DNA from: the human T2T-CHM13v2.0 reference genome, Homo sapiens
Direction: 5' to 3' (one strand)
NCBI RefSeq assembly: GCF_009914755.1
Contig: NC_060939.1
DNA length: 64,000 bases
This document shows, in pieces, positions 16,447 to 31,514 of the stretch. The notes under the pieces were generated by a model. It was not told the DNA's origin. It was given only the letters and a program-made list of their open reading frames with translations, and did no database searches. Both the position numbers and the translations under genes were made by a program. Numbering within the stretch: position 1 is the first letter of the stretch; each line of letters begins with the position of its first letter.

Positions 16447-17610
16447 GTAGCTATTTACTTATTTTCACTATTTTCAGTAACCAATAGAAATGGCATGTAG
16501 AAAACCTATATTCTCTTAAATTACTGTAGTTTTCACATTTTTGTCTTTATTTCTGAGTGTGGCAATATTACCTAGAGAGGACATCATGAGTTTGGGAAAA
16601 GACTGTCAACAAAGAATATCTAAAAATTATAACCGATTCTAAGTATATACTTTAAGAAATTCAGGTTTGACTCTATCTACTTCATAAATTTATCATTTTC
16701 TTTTTATAACTATTAGAACTGAGTTAGAAAGAAGCAGTTTGACTAATATAAAAATTATGTGGATTCTGTTAGAGTAGTTCAGGTTCCTTAAAGTAAGCAT
16801 AGATCAACTAAAAAACTAAGTATAAAAGCTAAATAAGTGAAATTGAAGCAGTTTTATTGTAAGATTTGGAAGAGTTCAGGATGTTTATCATAGCACATTA
16901 TTAATATTTATTACTCTTCCTATGTAGATAAGTGATGTCCTAGATTTACAACATAGAAAAACAGGTAGAGACGTTTAGCTGTGAGTGTACAAGTATAAAT
17001 CAATTAAGTGCCAGATTTTGATAATCACCAGCTGCTCATTCAAGTCCTATGTTGCAAAGTTACTTTTACCCTTTATTTACATTACTTGATAAAGGCAATG
17101 TTTAATTACATATTTCCTGTTAACTAGCTGGTAGAGTTCATACTTAAAGTCAGTAAATAATGTTAAGAATTTTTTCCAGCTGAGCAAATGAATATGTATC
17201 TAGTTGTAAGAAATCAAGAAGAGGATATAAAATATAATCAGGATGTGGAATCTAAAACGGAATAAGCTCTGTGTCCTGTAACTTTTTTCACTTGTAATAA
17301 TACAGCATTCTCACCCTGTTAAATGGAAACTTAGAGCACCCTTAAATTCTGGAATAATTAAAATTGCTATTTAGATTGAAAAGCCCTTAGGCAACATTTA
17401 TTGAATATTAGGAAATAACTTTTATAAGATTAGAATCCACTTTTTATAGAAACCAAATTTAAAAGTATACATATTTTAATATAAGTGTTGTGGTAATACA
17501 ATAACCAAAATTGAACACACAGTTTTAAAGCTTTTTATATTTAGTAGCAGTTGAATATATATGGCATGTTTTACATAGATTAATTTTATTATTTTTCTTT
17601 GTTTAAACAA

Positions 17611-17730
17611 GAGAACCAAATTGAAAGCCTACAGATACTGAAGATGACTGGAATTTTTGTTTCTGTCTTATCTTTTTGTGTTTTTTTCTGAATAAACTAT
17701 TCAGAGGAAATGCTTTTACAGAGTTCTTGA
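17611..17730 (+). pseudogene. FRG1: FRG1-like exon 9 (last exon and 3' UTR), acceptor mutated
   Basis: tttaaacaa|G AGA ACC AAA TTG AAA GCC TAC AGA TAC TGA resembles FRG1 RAKLKADRYCK*. The acceptor reads AA instead of AG at 17609-17610. Confidence 0.9.
17691..17696 (+). promoter_or_regulatory. polyadenylation signal of the FRG1 paralog
   Basis: AATAAA about 50 nt after the stop, followed by GT-rich sequence (gagttgttgtg). Confidence 0.75.
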
Positions 17731-20259
17731 GTTGTTGTGAAATTGTTGTTTAGCTAGTAGCTAGTTTAACCAGGATTAAACAAGTTTAATCAGGATTCTT
17801 CATGGATGTACTTTTTAGCTAACTACAGTTTTTCACATGGAAGTGAAACTTACAGTACACACTTAACGTACCACAGAATTTTTTTCTGGATTTCCTGTCC
17901 TGAAGCATGAAGTGTACTAGAAACCAATTCTTCCTGCGCTACTTGTGGAATCTTTCTTACTGGATCAGAATCTTACTTTACTTTATACAATAGATGCTTA
18001 ATCAGTGCCTTTAATAGGAAGTCAGAAACTCCCAATCCAATAAACAAGGCTTTGATTCTACCTCCTAAGTACTACCCAGATCACAGAAAATCCAAATATC
18101 AGAACTAGGGGCTGGGCAGAGAGGACAAATCATCTATTAGGGAGTGGGACAGAAAGTGGAAACATTACAAAGGAGCAAGTAGGCTCAGAACAGAAGGGAG
18201 AGTAGTACTGGGGAAACTCTCTACTGAGGACAATTTTGCCACAGTAGATATGTATGTGATGCTTTTGTCCTCGTGGGCTGGAATGGAAGCTGATAAAGAA
18301 GTTCAGACGCTACATGTTGCTTAGGTGTGCTTTGTTGAAGCCTGTCTCTTTCAGAGTTCCTAAACACAATATTCCTGTGGCATCTAATCCCAGTGAGTGC
18401 TCCAAATCCAGGCTGTGTATCAGATGCCACGGGAAATTCTGCCTCAGGACTGAGGTTTGTTCAAGCATCTGGATGATGTCAAAAGTCCACGTTGTGTGCT
18501 GGCCTAACCTGAAATACCCTATCTAGTTCTAGCCTTTAAATTCCTTCTGTCACCAAATCTAGAGTTACATGGCGTCTGTACAAGCTAGGTAGCTGAGGCA
18601 TGGGATCAGCCCTATAAAGGAGCTTTTGGAGCTTTTGTTGTAGGTCTAGCTTCAACTTGGCACTCCAGTTCCAATAGCTGGACTTTCTCCCATCGTGTGT
18701 TCTGATCCTTGGATTGGGAACAAAGTAACCACTCTGATCCCACAAAGCAGTGGTTCCGGTTCCTAACTGGTGACTGTTTTGCCTCCCAGGGGACATTTTT
18801 GGTTTTCACAACTGGAATATGGTGTTAGAGAGTAGAGGCTAGGGTTGCTGCGAAGCATGTGGCAGAATCCCGTTCTGCTCAGAATGCTAACAGTGCCAAG
18901 TTTATGGAGCCTTCCCACCCAAGGGCTTGGTCTTTTCCTTGGTTTTGCCAGCTCCCTAACCCTTAAACACAACAGTTCAAATCTATATGCATAAGCATCT
19001 CCTAGGGACCTGCACGTTTCCAATATCGACTACTGAGACCCATCCGTAGAGATGCAGGCTTAAGAGGTCTAGGATTGGGCTCAAAATTTGCATTTTAACA
19101 AGTACGCCAGGTCATTCTGAAGCAAGTGATACAAACCACAGAATGAGGAACACCGCCTTCAAGAGACTGAATCTTGCTTCCCAACACTAGCTTGGTATCT
19201 GAGACCATCTGCCTGCTGACTGGCTTTCCTGTCACAAGCATTCTGCATGTAGGCACAGTGTGTTCCTGGACTCCATGTCAACCCGTTCAACCTCATGTTC
19301 CCTTGGTTCCTCTCCCCAGTCCAGCGAGCAGAACTGATTACAGATCTTGACAACAGAAGATACAGATTTAAAATAACTTGCCTGTTCCCGTGGACTTTAT
19401 CCACTAGTGAAGGAGGACAAGTGGACAAGGGGAGAGGGTAGGTGGGGGCTCCTTCCCTATTCCTCCCATTCCACTTTATAAAAACCCCAGCTAGACCACT
19501 GGGAGAGCAACGGAGGTTAAGAATGACTGCATCTAAATATTGTCATCTGGTCCACTCTTCTTCCATCTTGTACACAAGGATATCATGAGTTTTGTTTAAA
19601 GCACTACTAAAACCAAGATAAACTCTGGCTTAGCATGCCCCTGACGGATCAGTCTAGTAATCTTATCAAAACCAAGATTACCTAAAAGCACTAACCAAAG
19701 GAAAAGCTCCCTCACCCCAACCTATGACTGCTCACATTTTTCAGATTGACTCATTTCAATTGTATTTTAAGGTTCATTGACTCTTTACCACCTCCAAGCT
19801 GCTCCTGAACACAACTGATTATTATTTTTTAATTTTGAAAACTTTCTCACTTCTGGAATTTCCACTTGAGTCTTTGTTATTATTGTAGTTTCTTCTTCTC
19901 TGCTGTGATTTCCTATCCATTTATTTTAAGGGTTTTTGGGGTTTTGATTTTAGTAAGAATTACAATAACTACTTTAAAAATCCACACTAATTCCAACATC
20001 TGGGTCGTCTCGAGGTCAGTCTCTATTCATTGCCTTTTTCTTTGAATATGTTTCTTTACATGTTTGATATAATGGGATTGAATTCTGAAGATTGTAAAAC
20101 TAGATTTTGTTTTGTTCCTCTGAAAATTTTGATAATTTTTTGTTGTATTTGTTGTATTTTGTTTGATTTTTTTTTCTATTATATACTTTACTATAATTTT
20201 CCTCCAATGGTTTTAACATTTCCATTTCTCAAAATATTTATGTTAAAAATTATACAAAG

Positions 20260-20775
20260 TAGCTTGGTGCAGTGGCTCCCATCTGTAATCCCAGAACTTT
20301 TAGAGGCCAAGGCAGGAGGGTCACTTGAGCCCAGGAGTTGGAAACCAGCCTACACAACAAGGCAAGACCCTTTCTCCACAAAAAAATTATTAGGGTGGTG
20401 TAAAAAGTAATTGCGGGTTTTGCCATTACTTTCAATGGCAAAACCCGCAATTACTCTTGCACTAACCTGATAAAAAATAAGCTGGGTATGGTGGTGGCGT
20501 GTGCCTGTGGTCTCAGCTACTTGGGAAGTGAAGGCAGAGGTGGGAGGATTGCTTGAGCCCAGGAGTTCCAGACCAGCCTGAGACCCTGTCTCTATGAGAA
20601 AAAAAAAATAGCTGGGCCCACGTACCTGTGGCACTAGCTACTTGGGAGGCAAAGGCAGAGGTGCCAGAATCACTTGAGCCCAGAAGCTCAAGGCTGCAGG
20701 GCACTGTGATTGTGTCACTTCACTCCAGCCTGGGTGATGGAGCACGACCCTGACTCCAAATAATAATAATAATTA
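20260..20775 (+). mobile_element. three-arm composite Alu (J-type) interrupted by MADE1
   Basis: left arm, then MADE1, then two further arms separated by an A tract, then a (taa)n tail. Confidence 0.8.
20390..20470. mobile_element. MADE1 mariner MITE (miR-548-type palindrome)
   Basis: ttagggtggtg..aaaagtaattgcgggttttgccatt actttc aatggcaaaacccgcaattact..gcactaacctga; TA duplication at 20388-20389 and 20471-20472. Confidence 0.95.
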
Positions 20776-20854
20776 CAAAAAGGAAAGACCTAGAACACCA
20801 GGTTAGGGTTAAGTATTCTAAAATTTAGCTGACTTACTCTGTTCTCTATAAAAC

Positions 20855-21010
20855 AGGTTGCCACAGAAAATATAGCATGCCCAGTTAATTTGAAATTTCA
20901 GATAAACAAATACTTTTCTCAGTGTAAGTCTATCCCATGCAATATTTGGGACATGATTATACTAAAATATTCTTCCTTGTTTGTCTGAAATTGAAATTTA
21001 ACTGGGTATT
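20855..21010. mobile_element. MER53-like palindromic hAT MITE
   Basis: cccagttaatttgaaatttcagataaacaa...tcccatgcaatatttgggaca...ttgtttgtctgaaattgaaatttaactggg. Confidence 0.8.
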
Positions 21011-21518
21011 ACACAATTATAGCGGCCTGACCACAAAAGATATGTAGGCTGAACAAAATTATACTTTAAACTTCAAGCTTTATAATAAATGCATTATTAA
21101 TCAAGAACTATTATTTACTGAGACCTGTGTAGATCCCAATATTTATCTTTTTAAATGTGGAACTAGGAAAGCTACATAAAGAACATTTATAGAAATAAAT
21201 TACTGCTCTATAGCTGAAAGGAAAACTCTAGCTTTTATTTTCCTCCCCGAACTTAAGGTTTATTCTACATTTGTATAAACAATAAAATTGCAGCTCAACT
21301 TTGGAAGCACAGATCATAATATAAAAATAAAGCAAAGATCCCAGAAACATTTCACAGGCAACAAATCTTTCACATCATCTTACTATAGCAACTAAACATA
21401 TAATAACTTAGAATGATCCACTAATTATAAGTAAAGAATAAATTCTTTTACAAAGCATAACTATTAATATTATTGACCATCATGAGAGCAAATATTTTAA
21501 GTAAAACACCATGAATAC

Positions 21519-21774
21519 TTTACAGAAAGGAGCGAGTTGCAGACACAGTCATTCTTGGATTTCTTTCAACACCAGGCCTTCTTCCCTTTTGACTTGAACT
21601 GGGAGTTGAATATTTCCTCTCTTTGCCCTCTGACCCTCTAGTCTCTGAAACATCTTTTGTACTAGAGGTATGTGCAGAGACTTCCTGCAAATTTGGATTT
21701 GTAAATTGTGCTGTTGTATCTTCTAGGCATTGCAGTGATCCAGATACAGAGCTGTTGCTCTTGCTTGTATAAGT
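21519..21774 (-). pseudogene. MLLT10: MLLT10 (AF10) single-exon unprocessed fragment (MLLT10P-type)
   Basis: Minus strand reads TYTSKSNSSVSGSLQCLEDTTAQFTNPNLQEVSAHTSSTKDVSETRGSEGKERKYSTPSSSQKGRRPGVERNPRMTVSATRSFL*, matching AF10 (..LEDTTARFTNANFQEVSAHTSSGKDVSETRGSEGKGKK..). 256 nt, with a pyrimidine tract upstream, acceptor AG>AC and GT donor retained. Confidence 0.9.
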
Positions 21775-22301
21775 GTAACATTTTGATTCAAAAAAGGAAG
21801 TAAAAGGATGAGAGTTGATTACATTTGACTACTGACATTAATAATAATAATAATTGCACTTGTAATATAAACATCTGAAAGTTTTAGTTCTAAGAATGTC
21901 TGTCCACATAAGAAAATTATGTAAAAATAATTAATGTCTATTATAAGTATTTTCTTTAACCAAAGAAAAAATATAATTTAAAGATGGCTGTTTAAGTATC
22001 AAATTGCAGCAACTGGTAAAAGTAGATATTAGTCATATTTATTAAGTGACACACAGTGATACTGAAGGCACTTATTTTGCAAGAAACATCATTTTTTCCC
22101 AACAAGAACATACTACATGCAAGACATGAAATGAAAATCAGCTTTAATTTTCACCACAGGAGGGCGACAATCAGAGAACTGAGGTGGTACAGATCCATTA
22201 GAGGACCATATCCATGAGTCTGTCAGTCTCTACTGTAGGACAGAGCAAGAATTTTTAAAGAATTTCGGTTAAGGCTCCTTTTCAAAAAAATACAAAGATT
22301 A

Positions 22302-23634
<1,333 letters not shown>

Positions 23635-24353
23635 GATGCTAAAAAATTACAAAGATTAAAGCCTTTGAAACATAAATTATTTTTTCCAGTTATTACATTG
23701 AGGACAAAGTTATAGTTGCAAAATTAAGATTTTTATAACTATCCCTAAAATTGATTCTCAGTGACTCCCTTGATCTACATATGTTAAGGAAAAAGGCAAG
23801 ATAAAGATGTGTTAAATATTTTCCAGTTTTTAATAATCAGCTTTAATATAAGGTATACCCAAATAATGGTTAATTAAATGACAATGAAAGTATGTTATAG
23901 CATATGCTCACTCATCAACATGCCTTGAAATTAAAGGTTTATAAGGTGCATAAGGGCAAAGTTTTTGATGTTGCCATTACATTCACAAAAGTATCTGAGG
24001 CACGTACAGCATGAAGTTCACTAAGTGCTTGCAACATAACCAGCACTAAATTTTGTTGAATAAATAAATGAATACATTTGTATAGCATCTGTTCAAAATC
24101 TCTGGTGTAAAAATAAAAATAATCTGAAAACCTGCAAAACTGAAATTTCCCACATACGGCTGCCAATTTGTACAAATGATAAGATGAATTCCAAAATGAG
24201 AACATGACAATATAATCAAGTTTCAAAATGGCTGGTCGTTTTTAGCAAAACCCATGTTCAATAAAAGGAATAAGACATCAAATGTATTGAGAACCAAAAT
24301 TTTACTGCTGCTTTTCTAACACACTGTTGTTAACCTGAGCCCCCATCCTCTTA

Positions 24354-24451
24354 CTGTCTATAACAGATTTTCATCATAAAATACAAGAAATAGGCTGGGT
24401 GCCTGTCAATAACAGATTTTCATCATCAAATACAAGAAACAGGCAGGGCAC
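24354..24451. repeat. tandem duplication, 2 x 49 bp, including the first bases of the Alu
   Basis: ctgtc.ataacagattttcatcat.aaatacaagaaa.aggc.ggg at 24354 and 24403. Confidence 0.85.
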
Positions 24452-24745
24452 GGTGGCTCACACCTGTAATCCCAGAACTTTGGGAGGCTGAGGCAGGTGG
24501 ATCACTTGAGGTCAGGAGTTTGAGACAAGCCTGGTCAACATGGTGAAACCTCATCTCTACGAAAAATACAGAAATAGCTGGGTGTGGTGGCAAGCGCCTG
24601 AAATCCCAGCTAATCAGGAGGCTGAGGCAGGAGAATCGCTTGAACCTGGGAGGTGGATGGAGGTTGCAGTGAACTGAGATCGAGCCACTGTACTCCAGAC
24701 TGGGCGACAAAGCAAGACTCTGCCTTAAAAAAATAAATACACAAC
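24442..24745 (+). mobile_element. Alu (S-type)
   Basis: sense Alu dimer with an A/AC-rich tail. Confidence 0.93.
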
Positions 24746-24749
24746 AAAA

Positions 24750-27934
<3,185 letters not shown>

Positions 27935-28635
27935 GTCAAGAAACAACAGATGCTGGCAAGGCTGTGGATAAATAAACACTTTTACACTGTTGGTAGGAAT
28001 GTTAATTAGTTCAATCATTGTGGAAGACAGTTTGGCGATTCTGCAAGGATCTAGAACCAGAAATACCATTTAACCCAGAAATCCGATTACTGGGTATATA
28101 TCCAAAGGACTATAAATCATTCTATTATAAAGATGCATGCACGCATATGTTTATAGCAGCACTATTCCCATTAGCAAAAACATGGAATCAATCCAAATGT
28201 CCATCAATGATAAACTAGATAAAAAAATGTGGTACATACACGTCATGGAATACTATGCAGCCATAAAAAGGAATGAGATCATGTCTTTTGCAGAGACATG
28301 AATGAATCTGGAAACCATCATCTTTAGCAAACTAATACAGGAACAGAAGACCAAACACCACATGTTCTCACTCATAAGTGGGAGCTGAATAATGAGAACA
28401 CCTGGACACAGGGAGAGGAACAACACACACTGGGGCCTGTCAGTGGGGATGGGGAGTGAGAGCATCAGGATAAATAGCTAACACATGTGGGGCTTAATAC
28501 CTAGGCACCTAGGCTGTGGGTTGATAGGTACAGCAAATCATCATAGTGCACGTTTACCTACGTAACAAACCTGCATATCCTGCACATGTATCCTGGAACT
28601 TAAAATAAAATTTAAAAAAATAAAATAAAAAGAAA
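27935..28635 (+). mobile_element. older L1PA 3' end
   Basis: a second ORF2-end/3' UTR (WKTVWRFCKDLEPEIPF..) with its own A-rich tail. Confidence 0.85.
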
Positions 28636-28639
28636 ACAG

Positions 28640-29060
28640 AAGAGTACAGAAAATTGGCTCACAGTTCCACAGCCTGTACAGCAAACATGATGCTGACATC
28701 TGCTCAGCTTCTGGGGAGGCCTCAGGACACTTAACAATCATGGTGGAAGGGAAAGCAAGAGCAGGAGGAAGAGAGAGAGGGGGAAGGTCCTACACACTTT
28801 AAACAACAAGATCTCATGAGAACTCTATCACAAGAGCAGCGCTAAGGGGTTTATGCTTAACCATTAGAAACTGCTCCCATGGACCAGCCACCTCCCAGCA
28901 GGCCCCATCTCCGACAGTGGGAACCACTGGAGGCTGCTCCCGTGGACCCGCCGCCTTCCAGTAGGCCCCGTCTCCAACACTGGGAACCACTGGAAACTGC
29001 TCCCATGGACCAGCCACCTCCCAGCAGGCCCCATCTCCGACACTGGGGATTACATTTCTA
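28640..29060 (-). mobile_element. MST-type MaLR LTR fragment with internal 3 x 63-bp tandem repeat (28861-29049)
   Basis: aattggctcacagttccacagcctgtaca...ggggaggcctcagg...acaatcatggtggaagg; units start at 28861, 28924 and 28987. Confidence 0.8.
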
Positions 29061-29928
29061 CAGAAGTTTCCAATAATTTTGGAACACATACTAATAACAT
29101 ATTTATAAAAATACAGTCCAAAGTAGACCAAACACCATTCACTCTTCTACTTGAACGTTTTCCCTCTATTCTAATGTCACAATCTCTAGCGTTATTAATC
29201 AGAATCCTGCATTTAAGGGCATCTGTTAAATTTTATAGGTGATTATAAAACCATCATTTAAAGAGGACCAAAATGAGACAACAATTGTCTGTGGATGACA
29301 AAAACATTAAGGGCAGCCACAGTTAAGGACAGGAACAACAGCCTTTAAAGTAGAATTTGCTGTAGAGCCTATTATGAGGGAGATATTTCTAGTTATTACC
29401 TCTTTTATTCTAAGCCATAGAAAAAGGACCTATCAAATAAAGTCCTTCTAGAAGAGTGAAGGACTCCTGGCAATGTTCTATTTAATCCATGATGTGGGAT
29501 AAAGGGAGTTTTGACTGATTATGAGGCAATATATATACCACTAAAGTTTCAACAACCTAAAAGAAAAAAAAAAGCGGGGGAGGGATGGACTGGAAGAACC
29601 AGATGGAGCCATAGCAGAAGATGATTTCAATCCACTGACCCCTGAATTGTGGGCTGGTTGTGCTGCATTGCTCTGCGACTTATGGTTCTGCCGCAACAAA
29701 GATCTAATTCCCAGGGTTATAGCAAAAGACATTTGCAGTACCCCTGAGGCACAGAGAAGGGAGAAATCCAAACCTGACTTAAGTCTAGGGTTCTTAAACC
29801 ACACAATCTCCTTGCAAGGAGGACCTTAACTCTGAAGATACTGATTTGGGGCTGTTTCAAAGAAAGAAATTATAAATATGAGTGGGAAAGAGAACAATCT
29901 TCCCCATATCCAGTGTCAAAAAAATGAG

Positions 29929-30462
29929 GCAGAGGGAAGGAAAGAAGGAAGGAAGGAGGAAAGGAAGGAAGGAGGAAAGGAAGGAGAGAGGGAAGGAAGG
30001 AGAGAGGAAAGAAAGGAGGGAAGGAAAGAGAGAGGGAAGGAAGGAAGGAAGTAGGGAGGGAGGGAGGGAGGGATGGAAGGAAGGAGAGAGGGAAGGAAGG
30101 AATGAAGGAAGGAGAGAGGGAAGGAGGGCAGGAAGGAAGGAAGGAAAGAAGGAAGGAGAGAGAGAAGGAAGGAAGGAGGGAGGGAGGGAAGGAAGGAAGG
30201 GGAGAGGGAAGGAAGGAAGGAGGGAAGGAAGAAAGGAAGAAAGGAAAGAGGGAAGGAAGGCAGAAAGGAAGGAGGGAAGGAAGAAAGGAAGGAAGGAAAG
30301 GGAAGGAAAGAGGGAAGGAAGGAGGGAAGGAAGGAGGGAAGGAAGAAAGGAAGGAAGGAAAGAGGGAAGGAAGGAAGGAAAGATGGAAGGAAGGAAGGAG
30401 GGAAGGAAGGAGGGAAGGAAAGAAGGAAAGGAAGGAAACAAGGAAGGAAGGAAGGGAAGGAA
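29929..30462. repeat. GA-rich polypurine tract, (GGAA)/(GGGA)n
   Basis: about 530 bp almost purely A/G. Confidence 0.97.
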
Positions 30463-30935
30463 CTTGAATATGCACAAAAACAAAATTTAAATTAAAATGG
30501 AAGTCTATCATCTGACCTAATTGGAAATGTACTATTTTCTAAAACAATTTACACAGTCCAAATATAAAAGGGTGCTGATTGGTATTTGTAACTCTCCAGC
30601 ATATATTCTGAATCAATTTGAACATCTGCTGAAATCTACCAATTTGCATACCTTCACAAACTTAATCAATACTGGAGCTGAAAGTTTGTTATACCTGAGA
30701 TTTCACTAAATTTAAACATTGCAACCCTAACCCTAGCAGAGTAACTGCATATAGAATAGAGGGCACATACTTATGCCTCACATTTGTTACCTTGACTAAA
30801 TTTCCCGTTGTCATAGAAGCCTTTGTCCACAGGGGACCTGGATGCTCTGACCCAATGAGTAATAAATTGATATTAAATCATTTGCACTTACACATTGACT
30901 TCACCAAATGTAACCTTACAGAACTCCCCTCCTGT

Positions 30936-31258
30936 TTTTTTTTTTAATTTGATTTATTTTTAATTTTTCATTTTTTTAGAGATGGGGTCTTCCTCCATTA
31001 CCCAGGCTGAATGAAGTGCGGTGGCGCAATCATAGCTCACTGCTGCCTCGAACTCCTGGGCTCAAGCAATCCTCCCATTTTAGCCTTCCAAGTAGCTGGG
31101 ATTACAGGCATGCACCAACACAGCCAATTAAAAAAATTTATAGAAGTGGAGTCTTGCTATGTTGCCTAGACTGGTCTCAACCTTCTGGCCTCAAGCATTC
31201 CTCCTGCCTCGGCCTCCCAAAGTGCTGGGATTACAGGTGTGAGCCATCGTGCCTAGCC
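30936..31258 (-). mobile_element. Alu (J-type)
   Basis: antisense Alu. Confidence 0.9.
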
Positions 31259-31514
31259 TCCCCATCTTGATAAATTAGCAAATATGGTAAAATATAAATT
31301 ACAACATGACTTCAAATAAATAAAACTTATTATATAAGACCTAATTAATTAGTGAAGTGGTGATAATCCTCATTGCTTCAACGTTTAGCAGTAGAATTTG
31401 GCCTGTTCTTAAGCCTGCATATAATATATGGTGTTTCACAGTGGATTGCTGTAATGTGACTGCAGTGCTCCCATCCATTAAGGCCCTCGTACCCAATGCC
31501 AAATATTGTGGCTA

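Noticed and set aside
18221-19428. Cluster of short ORFs downstream of the FRG1-like 3' end
   Set aside because: No recognisable protein similarity; partly MER20/MER5-like fragments.
29857-30511. ~200-aa ORFs on both strands (PSFL- and GRKE-rich)
   Set aside because: Artefacts of the GA polypurine tract.
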